Assembly: GCA_029856365.1 (NCBI GenBank)
Contig: JAHQWW010000004.1
Coordinates: forward strand, 32,001-96,000
Length of the DNA stretch: 64,000 bases
Origin: Candidatus Hodarchaeota archaeon
GTDB taxonomy: Archaea; Asgardarchaeota; Heimdallarchaeia; Hodarchaeales; Hodarchaeaceae
Direction: 5' to 3'
Shown here: piece after piece, positions 39,681 to 50,400 of the stretch
Layout: the number at the start of each line of letters is the position of its first letter
Numbering within the stretch: position 1 is the stretch's first letter
Notes under the pieces: model-generated
What the model was told of the DNA's origin: nothing
Seen by the model: the letters and a program-made list of their open reading frames with translations, nothing else
Databases searched by the model: none
Made by a program: the position numbers and the translations under genes

Positions 39681-40310
39681 GTGACGGTGCTTAAGATCGT
39701 ACTAATTGGCGATGGTGGTGTCGGTAAAACCGCTATTCGGGAAAGATACCTTGGTAAAGGTTTCAAAGCCCAGTACCTACTGACAATTGGTGCAGATTTC
39801 GCTATGAGGGACGATACTATCAAAGGTGAACCTATTCGATATCAAATATGGGACCTAGCAGGACAACAACGCTTCGATGCGGTTCGAGAAGTCTACTATA
39901 AAGGCAGTGTTGGTGCTCTCCTCGTTTACGATGTTACCCGTCCTGATTCTTACTTTAACACTCCTAAATGGATTAATGAACTGTGGACAAATAATGGTCG
40001 CGGTCGAGTGCCCATTATCGTTGTTGCTAATAAAATCGATATGCGTGAATTATCCGATGATACTGTCTCTCCAGAACAAGGAAGGATCTTCACTGAACGG
40101 CTTACAAAGCTAACTAGACCAGAAGGATTTGATTGTTACTTCTGTGAAACATCTGCCAAGACAGGAGTTAACATTCAAGCTGCTTTTTCATTACTTGGCG
40201 AAAACATCATGAGATTTGTTAGTAAACAACGAAAAACAAGTCGTACCACAACAACTCGATTACGGGCTGCAGCGCAACAACGATCTCAACGCGTTTCAAG
40301 ACAATATTAA
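39681..40310 (+). CDS. Rab-like small GTPase with polybasic tail
   Basis: GDGGVGKT, TIGADF, WDLAGQQRF, NKID, ETSAK. Confidence 0.95.
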   Translation: MTVLKIVLIGDGGVGKTAIRERYLGKGFKAQYLLTIGADFAMRDDTIKGEPIRYQIWDLAGQQRFDAVREVYYKGSVGALLVYDVTRPDSYFNTPKWINELWTNNGRGRVPIIVVANKIDMRELSDDTVSPEQGRIFTERLTKLTRPEGFDCYFCETSAKTGVNIQAAFSLLGENIMRFVSKQRKTSRTTTTRLRAAAQQRSQRVSRQY

Positions 40311-40335
40311 CCATCTTTTCTCTTTTTTCCTCTAT
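40311..40335 (+). terminator. Oligo-T/pyrimidine archaeal terminator
   Basis: CCATCTTTTCTCTTTTTTCC directly after the stop codon. Confidence 0.4.
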
Positions 40336-40399
40336 TATCTTCATGAAATATTTTAGAAAGTATTCCATCTTTGAATACTGTATGGAAACATGTGAATCT

Positions 40400-41107
40400 T
40401 TAAAAAAGTGATCTAAAGTAAACTAAAATATGTTTCATACTAATTTTTGATTCTCCTGCTTCTCGTGGCTGAAATGCATAAATAAATTCCCCAATTGAAG
40501 TCTTTCGAGGCATCACCTTAAGGAGATCAAACAGTAACTTGTATCCTTTGGGGGAAATAGTTTTAGGATTTTGAATTATTAGCTCTGTTATAAATTGAGT
40601 TTCTCCCCCGAAGAAACCACTCATAATATCTTTCGGGCGTGGCCGTCGCCTTATCAACAATGAGAATTTCCCGAGAGTAGTTGCTCCCCAAGAAATGAGC
40701 TTACGAGTTAAACTCCATCCCTCTACACTTGAACGGCTTCCAATAACCAGCTCATTTCCTTCTGATAGTAGTTGAATCCCATCTGCAATACATTCTGGAG
40801 GATGTTGAAAATCACAGTCAATTACAAAAAAATAATCAGTTCTAGTAATTTTCAAAGCATCAACTAATGAAATTGTTAACCCTTTAATCAATTCATTTTT
40901 ACGATCTAAAAAGGTAATATTGGGATTTTTAGCACCCCAGTTTAAAACAACTTCTACGGTTCCATCTGTGGATCCATCATCAGCTACAATAATTGAAACT
41001 TCAGAATATAATGATAATAATCTAGTTATCATCTTATCAACGTTACTTTTTTCATTTAATGTGGGAATAATAACTGTTATCTGTTTAGTAAAGGTACTTT
41101 CATTCAT
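40400..41107 (-). CDS. GT2 glycosyltransferase, dolichol-phosphate mannosyltransferase (DPM1)-like
   Basis: IIPTLNE, DDGSTDGT, IDCDFQHPP, VIGSR, DIMSGF, REAGESK. Confidence 0.9.
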   Translation of the reverse strand: MNESTFTKQITVIIPTLNEKSNVDKMITRLLSLYSEVSIIVADDGSTDGTVEVVLNWGAKNPNITFLDRKNELIKGLTISLVDALKITRTDYFFVIDCDFQHPPECIADGIQLLSEGNELVIGSRSSVEGWSLTRKLISWGATTLGKFSLLIRRRPRPKDIMSGFFGGETQFITELIIQNPKTISPKGYKLLFDLLKVMPRKTSIGEFIYAFQPREAGESKISMKHILVYFRSLF

Positions 41108-41578
41108 AAGAAACTTCCATTTGCTTTTTTTTCTTTTTTTTTCTGATATATAGTCCGATATATATGTTTTTCAGATAGGACAGACTTACTTCTGGGTTCT
41201 GATTGCACATTCTAGATTGATTGATTTTAAGATAATCAGTCGTAGATTGTACTTTCTCTTCTTCCATTTAGAATAATTTCTTCTTAATGACTTCGAGATG
41301 ATCATTATCTTTTCTAGTCTTTTTGGATTTCTTCTATATCCTTTCGAATGATTTTTGATTATTATTGCTTTTTATTCTCAAGGATATATAATCCAATTAT
41401 TTGTAGGGGATGTCAGGTGTCGTCTTGCATACACATAAGGTTCTTTTTATGGTATTCAAACAATAATGATCAAGAGTATTTCTGTGTGATTAAAATTGCA
41501 CTGAAGGCCATTATCGAAGTAATAAGAATATGGATTAAATATTATTGTCTAGAAACAAGCTAAATTTCTAAAGGCGGA

Positions 41579-41696
41579 TTATTTACGAGATCTTCTTGCT
41601 GTATAGGTTACAATTGCTAAAAACACAATTAAAAGAGTGCCACTCCCCAGCCAAGGGAATATAAATAGAGTGAAAGATCTGTCTATTCTGTTAACT
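41579..41696 (-). pseudogene. Remnant C-terminal membrane anchor of a surface protein
   Basis: Reads ...IFPWLGSGTLLIVFLAIVTYTARRSRK* but is preceded by in-frame stops and has no start. Confidence 0.35.
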
Positions 41697-41869
41697 TATT
41701 AATAGAAGATGCAGCGGTTCCCCCCACTCTTTAACTATAGATCAATAATTTTCTTTAAAAGATAAAACAAAAATACTAAGCCACTAGTGGGTAAACCGAA
41801 TAGTATCAGAATCGCAAGAATAACAAATAAGGCTTCTAAAATGATAAATTTGTCATCAAATCCAAGAGA

Positions 41870-42349
41870 TTGGATAAATTTGAACATATTTGCTATTCTA
41901 GTTTGGGATTACAAGTGAGTCTTAGAACAGTACTTCAAAAATTTGCAGAAGGATTTTCTGTTAATGGAATCTTTCTGCAAACTCCTCAGGAAGTCTTTCC
42001 AATAATCCAACAGAGAGCTGATTTTCTTTTAGTACTTAAAAGGTATCCTGATCTCCAAGTTGGTGTTTCGGAAGTAATAATGGATGATAAGAAAGTTGGT
42101 GCTTTAGTAGACTCTCTCAATAATAGGACCAAAATCATCATTCTCACAGCACCAAAGAACATTCAAGAAGTAGCTTCTCATTGGAAGCGCTTCTTGCCTG
42201 TGGTCCGAAAACAAATCAATATAGATGACTTTATTCATCAAGAAAGTATCGAAACAAAATTGATCAATCGATTAGAAGATATTCGAATAGCACTCAGCAA
42301 AACAGCTACAATTCTGAAGGAGAGAATTAATTATGACTCAAAACTCTAA
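41870..42349 (+). CDS. Hypothetical protein, possible roadblock/profilin-like fold
   Basis: Apparent alpha-beta-beta-alpha-beta-beta-beta-alpha pattern; overlaps the next gene. Confidence 0.65.
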   Translation: MDKFEHICYSSLGLQVSLRTVLQKFAEGFSVNGIFLQTPQEVFPIIQQRADFLLVLKRYPDLQVGVSEVIMDDKKVGALVDSLNNRTKIIILTAPKNIQEVASHWKRFLPVVRKQINIDDFIHQESIETKLINRLEDIRIALSKTATILKERINYDSKL

Positions 42350-43694
42350 TCCTCAAGATGAAATTGAACTTCAACTTGCGCAAAGGATCATCGAATTAAC
42401 GAAAGCTATAGAACTAAACAAGTCAATGATTGAAAAGATCATGACTGACTTAGAACAAGGAAATTCGAAGATAGATGAGTGGGAAAAACAGATACAGGAT
42501 TGGGATTTAAACCTAGGGACAAGGTTTGATGAAATAAATAAGCAATTCAGTAATTTAGAGGAAAAGTTTAAACAACAATCCTCAACTATAGAACAGAAAT
42601 TTGAAGAAATCTCAACCCAATTTAGTAATTTAGAGGAAAAGTTTGAACAACAATCCTCAACTGTAGAACAGAAATTTGAAGAAATCTCAACCCAATTTAG
42701 TAATTTAGAGGAAAAGTTTGAACAACAATCCTCAACCGTAGAACAGAAATTTGAAGAACTATCAACCAAATTTGCTGGGTTTGAAAAGACTCAGAGTAAT
42801 CAAGAAGATCTAATTTCAGCCCAACAGCAAGCTATTGAGGAACAAAATACAGAAATTAAACATCGTATTGAGAAAGAAGATTTTACTACAACCATTGAAG
42901 GTATTAATGAGATAAATTCCATTCTAAAACAAAACCAAGAATTGTTTCAATCGGAATTAAAGGATCATGTTGAAAAGACTCAAGAACGATTTGACACCTT
43001 AGCAAAAACCATTGAATTAATAGGAGATGGGTTGTCACAACTCGAACACCATAAAGAAAATCATGCTACTCTTCTAGAAGAGCTTCGGGGAAGTTTAAGT
43101 CAATTTAAATACAAATTGAAAGAATTAATTACTCTAACGAAAGATGATCAAAGAGCTCATTTTGATAATTTTTCACGAATTGTTGAAAGCTATAACGAGA
43201 ATATCCGAACTGAATTAACAATCATGGCACAATCGTTAAAAGAATCAGATACACAGATCCTCGATGAAGTATCAGCTAGTTTTACACCTAAAAGGATTGG
43301 AAAAGAACTTCAACAAACAATCGCTGATTTGGCAAGCGAATTAAAATCAGAGGCTCAGAAAACAAGAGACGATTTAGTAGAAGGACTCCAGAAAAATGTT
43401 CAAGAATACGAAACAACAATGGAGAAGCAAAATACGGCTATAAAGAATTATCAACAACAATTAGAACACTTTCAAGATGAGATTCTGGCAATTATTGATA
43501 GGAAAGTTAATGAAAAATATGAGGTAGTATCTTCTTTGTTATCTAAGGTGGCAATTCAAGCAGAAGAACTCGTTCTCCTCATCAAAACCTCTGAAATTCA
43601 AATTTCTACTTCTCCCTTTCAAAAGAACCAAAATCAGTTTGATATTGGTGAAAATGACTCTAAAAAACCGACTGAAGCTGAAAATAAAGACTGA
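42333..43694 (+). CDS. Long coiled-coil protein with 25-aa tandem repeats
   Basis: E/Q/K-rich heptads throughout; FEEISTQFSNLEEKFEQQSSTVEQK repeated about 3 times. Confidence 0.88.
   Translation: MTQNSNPQDEIELQLAQRIIELTKAIELNKSMIEKIMTDLEQGNSKIDEWEKQIQDWDLNLGTRFDEINKQFSNLEEKFKQQSSTIEQKFEEISTQFSNLEEKFEQQSSTVEQKFEEISTQFSNLEEKFEQQSSTVEQKFEELSTKFAGFEKTQSNQEDLISAQQQAIEEQNTEIKHRIEKEDFTTTIEGINEINSILKQNQELFQSELKDHVEKTQERFDTLAKTIELIGDGLSQLEHHKENHATLLEELRGSLSQFKYKLKELITLTKDDQRAHFDNFSRIVESYNENIRTELTIMAQSLKESDTQILDEVSASFTPKRIGKELQQTIADLASELKSEAQKTRDDLVEGLQKNVQEYETTMEKQNTAIKNYQQQLEHFQDEILAIIDRKVNEKYEVVSSLLSKVAIQAEELVLLIKTSEIQISTSPFQKNQNQFDIGENDSKKPTEAENKD
42525..42773 (+). repeat. 75-bp coding tandem repeat, about 3.3 copies
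   Basis: AGTAATTTAGAGGAAAAG recurs at 42549, 42624 and 42699. Confidence 0.9.
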
Positions 43695-43820
43695 TATATT
43701 TTCAATAAATGTAGTGTATCGATCGAAGTTTATGGAATGATATCAAAATAAAAAGTTTTTCTTAGAAAAAACCTCCTTAATTGAAGAATACTCTTAAAAT
43801 AAAGACGATGTGAAATAGCT

Positions 43821-44348
43821 GTGACGATAGAAAGGCCTCTCAAGATAGTGATTGCAGGAGAGAAGCATGTTGGTAAATCAACCCTCGTACATAGGTTTAT
43901 TCACAATCAGTTTCCATTGAAAGGTTTATACTCCACAGTTGGATTTGATTTTACAATTAAAACACTAACTTTGGAGAACGGGTCAACAGTAATAATCCAT
44001 CTGTTTGATTTTGGAGGTGAACCTGGTTATAAAAAGATCTTTCCCCAATATGCTTCTGATAGTGATGGACTCATTCTTGCTTTTGATCCATCACGAGAGG
44101 AAACTTTAGACGCTCTACATGATTGGATACAGGTTTATCAACAACGAAAGCACCAAACAAAAAGTATCAATTTTCTTGTTTCTACAAAAGCTGACTTGGG
44201 TATCACCACATCCCCCCTTAAAATTAATGAATTTAGGAATAAATATTCCATAGAAGAATACTTCAAAACAAGTGCGGTCACAGGAGAAAACACTCAAAGA
44301 GTTTTTCAACGAATGGCTGTCATTATTCAACAACAGAGAATGAGATGA
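43821..44348 (+). CDS. Rab-like small GTPase (atypical G3/G4)
   Basis: GEKHVGKS, TVGFDF, FDFGGEP, STKAD, TSAV. Confidence 0.9.
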   Translation: MTIERPLKIVIAGEKHVGKSTLVHRFIHNQFPLKGLYSTVGFDFTIKTLTLENGSTVIIHLFDFGGEPGYKKIFPQYASDSDGLILAFDPSREETLDALHDWIQVYQQRKHQTKSINFLVSTKADLGITTSPLKINEFRNKYSIEEYFKTSAVTGENTQRVFQRMAVIIQQQRMR

Positions 44349-44383
44349 AAATAGATAATTGAACTAAAGAGGCTTTATACCAG

Positions 44384-44941
44384 ATGACTAGATTTATCGC
44401 TGACGCAAGTACTCTTACAGTTAAAGTGGTTGTAGCTGGTCCTGGAGGAGTGGGTAAAACTACACTACTAAAACGATATGAAACAAATAATTTCATACCG
44501 GCAGTCAGTACTGTAGGTATCAATTTTCTAGTTAGAGATCAGGAAATTGGAGAAACGATTTTACGTGTTGCATATTGGGATTACGCAGGGGAAGATCGGT
44601 TTCGATCTCTCTTCCCTGGTTATTGTCAAGGTTCATCTGGAGCCCTGGTGGCTTTTGACTCATCAAGAGTTCAAACTCTTGCTGAAATACCTGAATGGCT
44701 AAGAATGATCCGAGAACACAACGAACCAGACATTCCTATTGTTTTACTCGGAAATAAACTAGATACAACATCCACAGAAGCAAGAAAATTAGTAGCAGAA
44801 TCTGCTAACAACTTTGTTAAGAAATATAACCTTTCAGGCTATTATTTATGCTCTGCAAAGACAGGTGATGGAATAGAAGCACCATTTTCTCATTTAGGGA
44901 TTCTAATTATTGAATGTAAAAAACGTCAAAGATTCCTATAA
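44384..44941 (+). CDS. Rab-like small GTPase
   Basis: GPGGVGKT, TVGINF, WDYAGEDRF, GNKLD, CSAK. Confidence 0.93.
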   Translation: MTRFIADASTLTVKVVVAGPGGVGKTTLLKRYETNNFIPAVSTVGINFLVRDQEIGETILRVAYWDYAGEDRFRSLFPGYCQGSSGALVAFDSSRVQTLAEIPEWLRMIREHNEPDIPIVLLGNKLDTTSTEARKLVAESANNFVKKYNLSGYYLCSAKTGDGIEAPFSHLGILIIECKKRQRFL

Positions 44942-44979
44942 AGCTTTTTAATTCAAATAGTATCAGGTGACTGGGGGTA

Positions 44980-46479
44980 CTAGAGGATGGAATCGAGAAT
45001 TCCGTTAATCTTTTTCTCAAAAAAGCCTCTGGCTGCTAGATAACGCTTGTAGAATTTTTCATATTCATCACGTACCATTTTCTCGTATGAAATGAGAAAT
45101 AATAGAATTGTAGCTATTATAGCAGCGAATCCAGCTAATCCAAACATAATTGCTGTGAATGAGTATTCCCAATCAATTAAGACCAAGAATGCGGGTAAAA
45201 AACCGCCTATAATTGCTACAAATGGTTGTGTCCAAAGTGATCCAAATCTGTTTATTCCCATGAATTGTGCTTCTTTTCCTTCAGGAACGAGATCAGCAGG
45301 TAAAGAAGCACGAACAGATTCAATAAAAACCGCTCCAAAACCCCCTATAGCAGCAATAACGAAAAATAAATTATAATAATTGCCAATTTCCATACCTGCA
45401 ATTAAAAAACAGAATCCGGAATAAATAAGCGATCCTACGATGGCTGTTCTCACCTTACCGAATTTTCGGATGAACAATCCAGCTGGAATCGCCATAACGG
45501 CTGAAACCAAGCCTGCTACTAGTAGCGCTAAGGGTGCATCACCTTCTGGTAGCCCTACAGCGACCAGATGGATAAGCAAGTACAAAGCAACTGCTTCACT
45601 GGCAAATCCCCAAAATGATTGAACCAAAAACATCTTACCAAAATCAGATCCAGAAAAATTTAATAGGTATCGTGGTGTCTGTAGAATATCTGTAATAGGG
45701 GAGTCAATAGGGGGATACGGTGGATTTGCTTTTTCTACCAAAAAAAATACTATAATCCCTGCGAAAGTAATTGTTAATGCTGGAAATAAAAATAAACTAA
45801 ATTCAGCAATAAAAGTAAGGTTAATCATCTCACTAAAATCTAAGAGAAGTATGGTAAAAGAATTAAAAAAAACTAATCCGATTAAACTACCCAAAACTGT
45901 GAATCCAGCTAAAATTAAACCCACCCATCCTCGCTGTTCCTTGGTAAACAGCTCTGATAATAAAGCCCCATGAGGGGAAGAGGCTAATCCTAAACCCACA
46001 TATATAAGGAAAAAACACATTGGAAAAATAATTACCAACAGATCATCATCGACTGTTCCTGCAAAAATCGGAGTGAGAAGAAGCATCAACCCAGCAAGTA
46101 AACTTCCACCTAGAATATAGGGTGCGCGTGCTCCATATTTTGAACGATAGTCATCGGAAAAGGCACCCCCAATGATTACAGTTCCAAGAAATCCGATTGA
46201 ACCTGCAGCGATAGAATAACTAAAGATGGTTTCAGCAAGTTCTCGGGTCAAACCCAGTCCAAAAGTATTGGATCCTTCCAAATAGGAGAGCTTGAAATAA
46301 GCAATAATGAATGCGATAAATATGGCGTTAGCTGTCCCAAAAATGCCTAAAGCAAAGATATTTCGAACTTTCTGAGATAAAAGTCGCTTTTCTCTCAATT
46401 CTTCAGTTGTAAGAAATTTGTATTCTTTTTTATTCTCGGGTTTAACTTTATTTGATTTTTCTATGCCCATATATAACAC
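44980..46479 (-). CDS. MFS transporter (GPH/sugar-like)
   Basis: About 12 TM helices; GAFSDDYRSKYGARAPY motif A; ELFTKEQRG; DLVPEGK. Confidence 0.9.
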   Translation of the reverse strand: MLYMGIEKSNKVKPENKKEYKFLTTEELREKRLLSQKVRNIFALGIFGTANAIFIAFIIAYFKLSYLEGSNTFGLGLTRELAETIFSYSIAAGSIGFLGTVIIGGAFSDDYRSKYGARAPYILGGSLLAGLMLLLTPIFAGTVDDDLLVIIFPMCFFLIYVGLGLASSPHGALLSELFTKEQRGWVGLILAGFTVLGSLIGLVFFNSFTILLLDFSEMINLTFIAEFSLFLFPALTITFAGIIVFFLVEKANPPYPPIDSPITDILQTPRYLLNFSGSDFGKMFLVQSFWGFASEAVALYLLIHLVAVGLPEGDAPLALLVAGLVSAVMAIPAGLFIRKFGKVRTAIVGSLIYSGFCFLIAGMEIGNYYNLFFVIAAIGGFGAVFIESVRASLPADLVPEGKEAQFMGINRFGSLWTQPFVAIIGGFLPAFLVLIDWEYSFTAIMFGLAGFAAIIATILLFLISYEKMVRDEYEKFYKRYLAARGFFEKKINGILDSIL

Positions 46480-46741
46480 TTCATCTTACTTTGAGCCCTT
46501 TTCAGGAAGAAATTCCTTTCTTTTAAGGAAAGAAATAATGCTTTTTAACCATCGTTCAAAAATGTAATTCTTCTTTTAAGTAATTCTTCTTTTAAAATTG
46601 GCTGAAATGTACAAGAGAATTTTTATCAGAAAATCCTAATTTTTGGATGAAGCTTGGAAGAGGTACATATTTTTCTAAGATAAATTCAATCTCTTTTTTA
46701 CGTTCGACAAAATAATCAGAAACTTTAGAAACGCAGGTTCT

Positions 46742-47077
46742 GGTAGATTTGTAGTAGGAGTAACAGTTAGTGATCTTACCGTAAGGATTGATCCTGAGAA
46801 TATTGCCAGGATTCAGTATAAAACTTCCCATTTATCAACCATAACTACCGAAATTTCAACATCTGCCTCTCTAGACGAGTATCTAGTTGACGTGGAATTA
46901 CGTAATGAACCAATAAAGGTAGAACTCTTGGACGCGATGTAACTGAACATTACAGTTACAGACACGGAGATAACCACAACGGATAGTATCGCATCCTTAG
47001 AAATCATAGCAGTTGACGTAATTCTTCTTACGATCATTTTAATTTCAGATTTGTCTTTATCTCGCACTAACAGATAG
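46742..47077 (+). pseudogene. Possible decayed surface-protein 3' end
   Basis: Plus frame GRFVVGVTVSDL...LLDAM*LNITVTDTEITTTDSIASLEIIAVDVILLTIILIS..: Thr-rich linker and hydrophobic tail with an internal stop. Confidence 0.3.
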
Positions 47078-47451
47078 TATTTGAATATTTAACTGAAATA
47101 TGGGTAAAAATGACGAGTCACAACAATTAATATTGTTTTTTCTCCGTCATCAAGATAGTATAACTGTTGATAACTCTGTTTAACCTCTACTAAATCCATC
47201 TTAGGATTTATTCCTCTTATAACAAAACGTTTGAATACATTTATAATGTAGAGAACAAAGCTAAATCCAGAACCTTATGAAAATTTAAAAGGAATGGCTT
47301 TAATCACAAAAATATAATAGTACAAATCGTTAGCATCTTCTCAATTACTCATCGAGATGCTTTTTTTTAAAGTAAAAACTGCTCTAAAAAAGTGAAGTTA
47401 GGAAACTAAAAAAAAGAGCCCCCCATTCTCACCTATGCCGAGGCAAAATCC

Positions 47452-50400
47452 ATGGTACATATTAAGGAGATAAGAATGACTGGGTGGAAGTCATATGGGC
47501 CCGGTACCGTCAGAATGCCTCTAGCTAAGGGATTCACAGTAATTGTAGGTCCTAATGGCAGCGGGAAATCAAATAGCATAGATGGTGTAAATTTTTGTTT
47601 AGGGGCCTTATCTAAAAAATCAATGAGAGCAGAGAAGATGGTTGGTCTCATTTATAATGGGATTGGCGGCAGAAAACCAGCCGAAAAAGCCACTGTTGAG
47701 ATCATTTTCGACAATTCTGATTATGTCATACCTCTCAAAGAAGACGAAGTGATTGTTAGCCGAGAATTAAAAAGGAATGGTTCAGGAACTTACAGATTAA
47801 ACGGAAAGCGAACCACCCGTACAGATATCTTGGATAAACTTCGTATTGCTGGAATAGATGTTATAAATTCCTATAATATCATCGCTCAGGGCCAAGTGGG
47901 TGAAATTGTAGGTATGAATCCCATTCAACGTCGAGAGTTGATGGAAAACCTGGCAGGAGTGGGACAATTTGATGAGAAAAAGAGAACAGCTCTTATAGAG
48001 CTAGATGAAGCACAACGAAGAATGGATGAACTTCAATTATTAGTAAATGAAGTTGCTAAACGTGTTGAATTACTACGTAAGGAAAAAGAAGATGCAGAAC
48101 GCTGGACTCAACTTGATCAAGAGATCTTTCAGTTAAAAGCGCTCTTGATATCACATGCTTTCCATAACAATCAACATCAAGCTGGTAAATTTGATGAAGA
48201 AATAGCTAGTATCCGAGCAGATCAAGAAAATATGGTTAATAACCGTCAGGAGATAGATGGAAACATCGAGGAAGTCACTGAAAAGATTAGATCCTTAGAA
48301 GACCAAACAATTCGATTAGAGACTTCTCTCTCTGAGATTCGGACTTCAGCTGAAGAAAAGAATATTGAAAAGGCAAAGATTGAGGAAAAAACAGAATACA
48401 ATAAAAAAACGATTAAATCTAATGAAAAAAGAAATAAACAACTCCAAGAACGCCTTGATCAAATTGAAAGAAAAACAGAAGAGGAAATCAAAACAAAGGA
48501 AACACTAGAAGAAACAAGAAAAGAACTGCAAAAAAAGATCGAAGAAACTCAGAACCAACGAACATCCATTGAAACTGAATTAGAACAAAAAAACCAACAA
48601 TATGAAGAAATAAAAAATGAATACGATGATGCTGAACGTAGACATAAAGTAGAAAACGATCGATTGACAAAAACTCAGGTTTCCTTTGAAGTTTCTCAGA
48701 ATATGGTTACTGCATTTCAGAATAACGTCAATGAATTCGAAAAACGTCAGAATGAGTTAGAAGAACAAATTCTAGCCTCTCAAACCAAATCTCAAGAACT
48801 TACTCAAAGTTTAGAGGAGGACAAAGAAAAAATTGAAGAGGCAAGATCCAAGGTAGGAGAGGTTGATCAGAAAAAATCAAATTTAGATTCTAAAATTAGC
48901 TCGTTAGAAACAGAAAGTCGTGAACTCAATGAAAAATATCTTGTACTTAAAGCACGAATAGACACTATATCTTCATTTCTGAAGTCAGAAGAAGGAAAAG
49001 AAAATCCAGCAGTTTCTTTTATTAATACTAAAGCAACTAATGGCGAAATTCATGGTATAGTGGGAGAATTTCAGAAGTTATCGAGTGAGGGGGAAGTATT
49101 ACCTGCAGAGGTAGGTCATCTCTCCGATGCAATCATTACGGAATCAATTGATTCAGCTTTAAAATGTATCCAACTCTTAAAGGATAATGCAGTAGGTGCA
49201 GCTAATTTTATACCGTTAGAAAAGTTTAAATTAAAAACAACAGACAAATTTTCTAATATCGTCAAGAAGGTTCGCGAACAAAACGAAGTAGTCACTGATC
49301 TCAAACAAGCAGCAAAAACATGGCGAAAACGAGAACAAACAGTATCAACTGTTGATGGAGATGTGTTTTATTCTAATGGGATTATATACGGTGGATTTCA
49401 TCTAGCTGCAGCTCAAGAAACAGTTGATGAGCTGCGCGCTGAAATGAACAACACACGTGAGCACCGGAATGCTATCAACGGGCAATTGAATGAAGAACAA
49501 GAAAATAAAAAGAAAATCATTGATCTTGAGAAAGTAATCAATCAATCTATTGAAAAATTAGAAAAACAAGTTCAAGATGCTACAATACAACTGACTCAAC
49601 AAGAAAATGAGGTGAGTCTTTACCAAAATAACATGGAAAAAAACAAACAGGAATTAGAACCCCTTCAGCAACAACTTCAAGATCGTTTGAAAGCAAGAGA
49701 AGAACAACAAAAAGAAATGGAATTTTATGAAGAAAACGTTGAAAAAATAGCTGCTGAAATAATAGAAATAGAACAAAGACTTGAAGCTGCAGATACTCGG
49801 CCTCTCTTAGAAACAATGAATCAAGTCGAACAACAACTTGGAAAACTCCAAGGGAACCTCACGGGAGTCGAGTCACGGATTGAGGGTTTAGTAACAAGTA
49901 AGGAAGAGAAGGAGCAAAGATCAATAGAAACAAGTAACGAGATTAAATCAGTTGAAGTTGAAATTGCCAATTTAACTGGTGAATTACAAGTTTTAGAGGA
50001 ACAACATTCACAACTAGGTGAGCAACTAACTAAGATCTTAGAGAATGAGGAAGAAGTAGTAAATGAGATGAAAGATGTTAAATCAGATCTTAGTACTCAA
50101 AAGAAATATCAGGGGCAACTTGTCAAGGATAAGGAAAAACTAAATGAAAAAATCACCAAATACGAAGAAAAAATAACCGAAATCAAACTGCAGCGTGAAC
50201 GATTAACGGTCGAGCTTGAAAATCTACAGAACGAAGCTTTAGAAAACAATATTGAGATCCTTCCAGCAGATGCTGAAGAGCTAAAGAAAATTAATGAAAG
50301 CAAAATCACAAAGGACATCAATCAGAAATCTGATGAAAAGAAACGCTTAGAACCAGTCAATATGAGAGCATTGAAAGAATTTCAAGAAGAGAATTCCCGG

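Noticed and set aside
41400-41445. YADD-like reverse transcriptase relic on the minus strand
   Set aside because: Needs an assumed frameshift and has no other RT motifs; likely chance
42525-42773. CRISPR array (also considered 56566-56760)
   Set aside because: Contiguous in-frame coding repeats with no unique spacers and no cas genes
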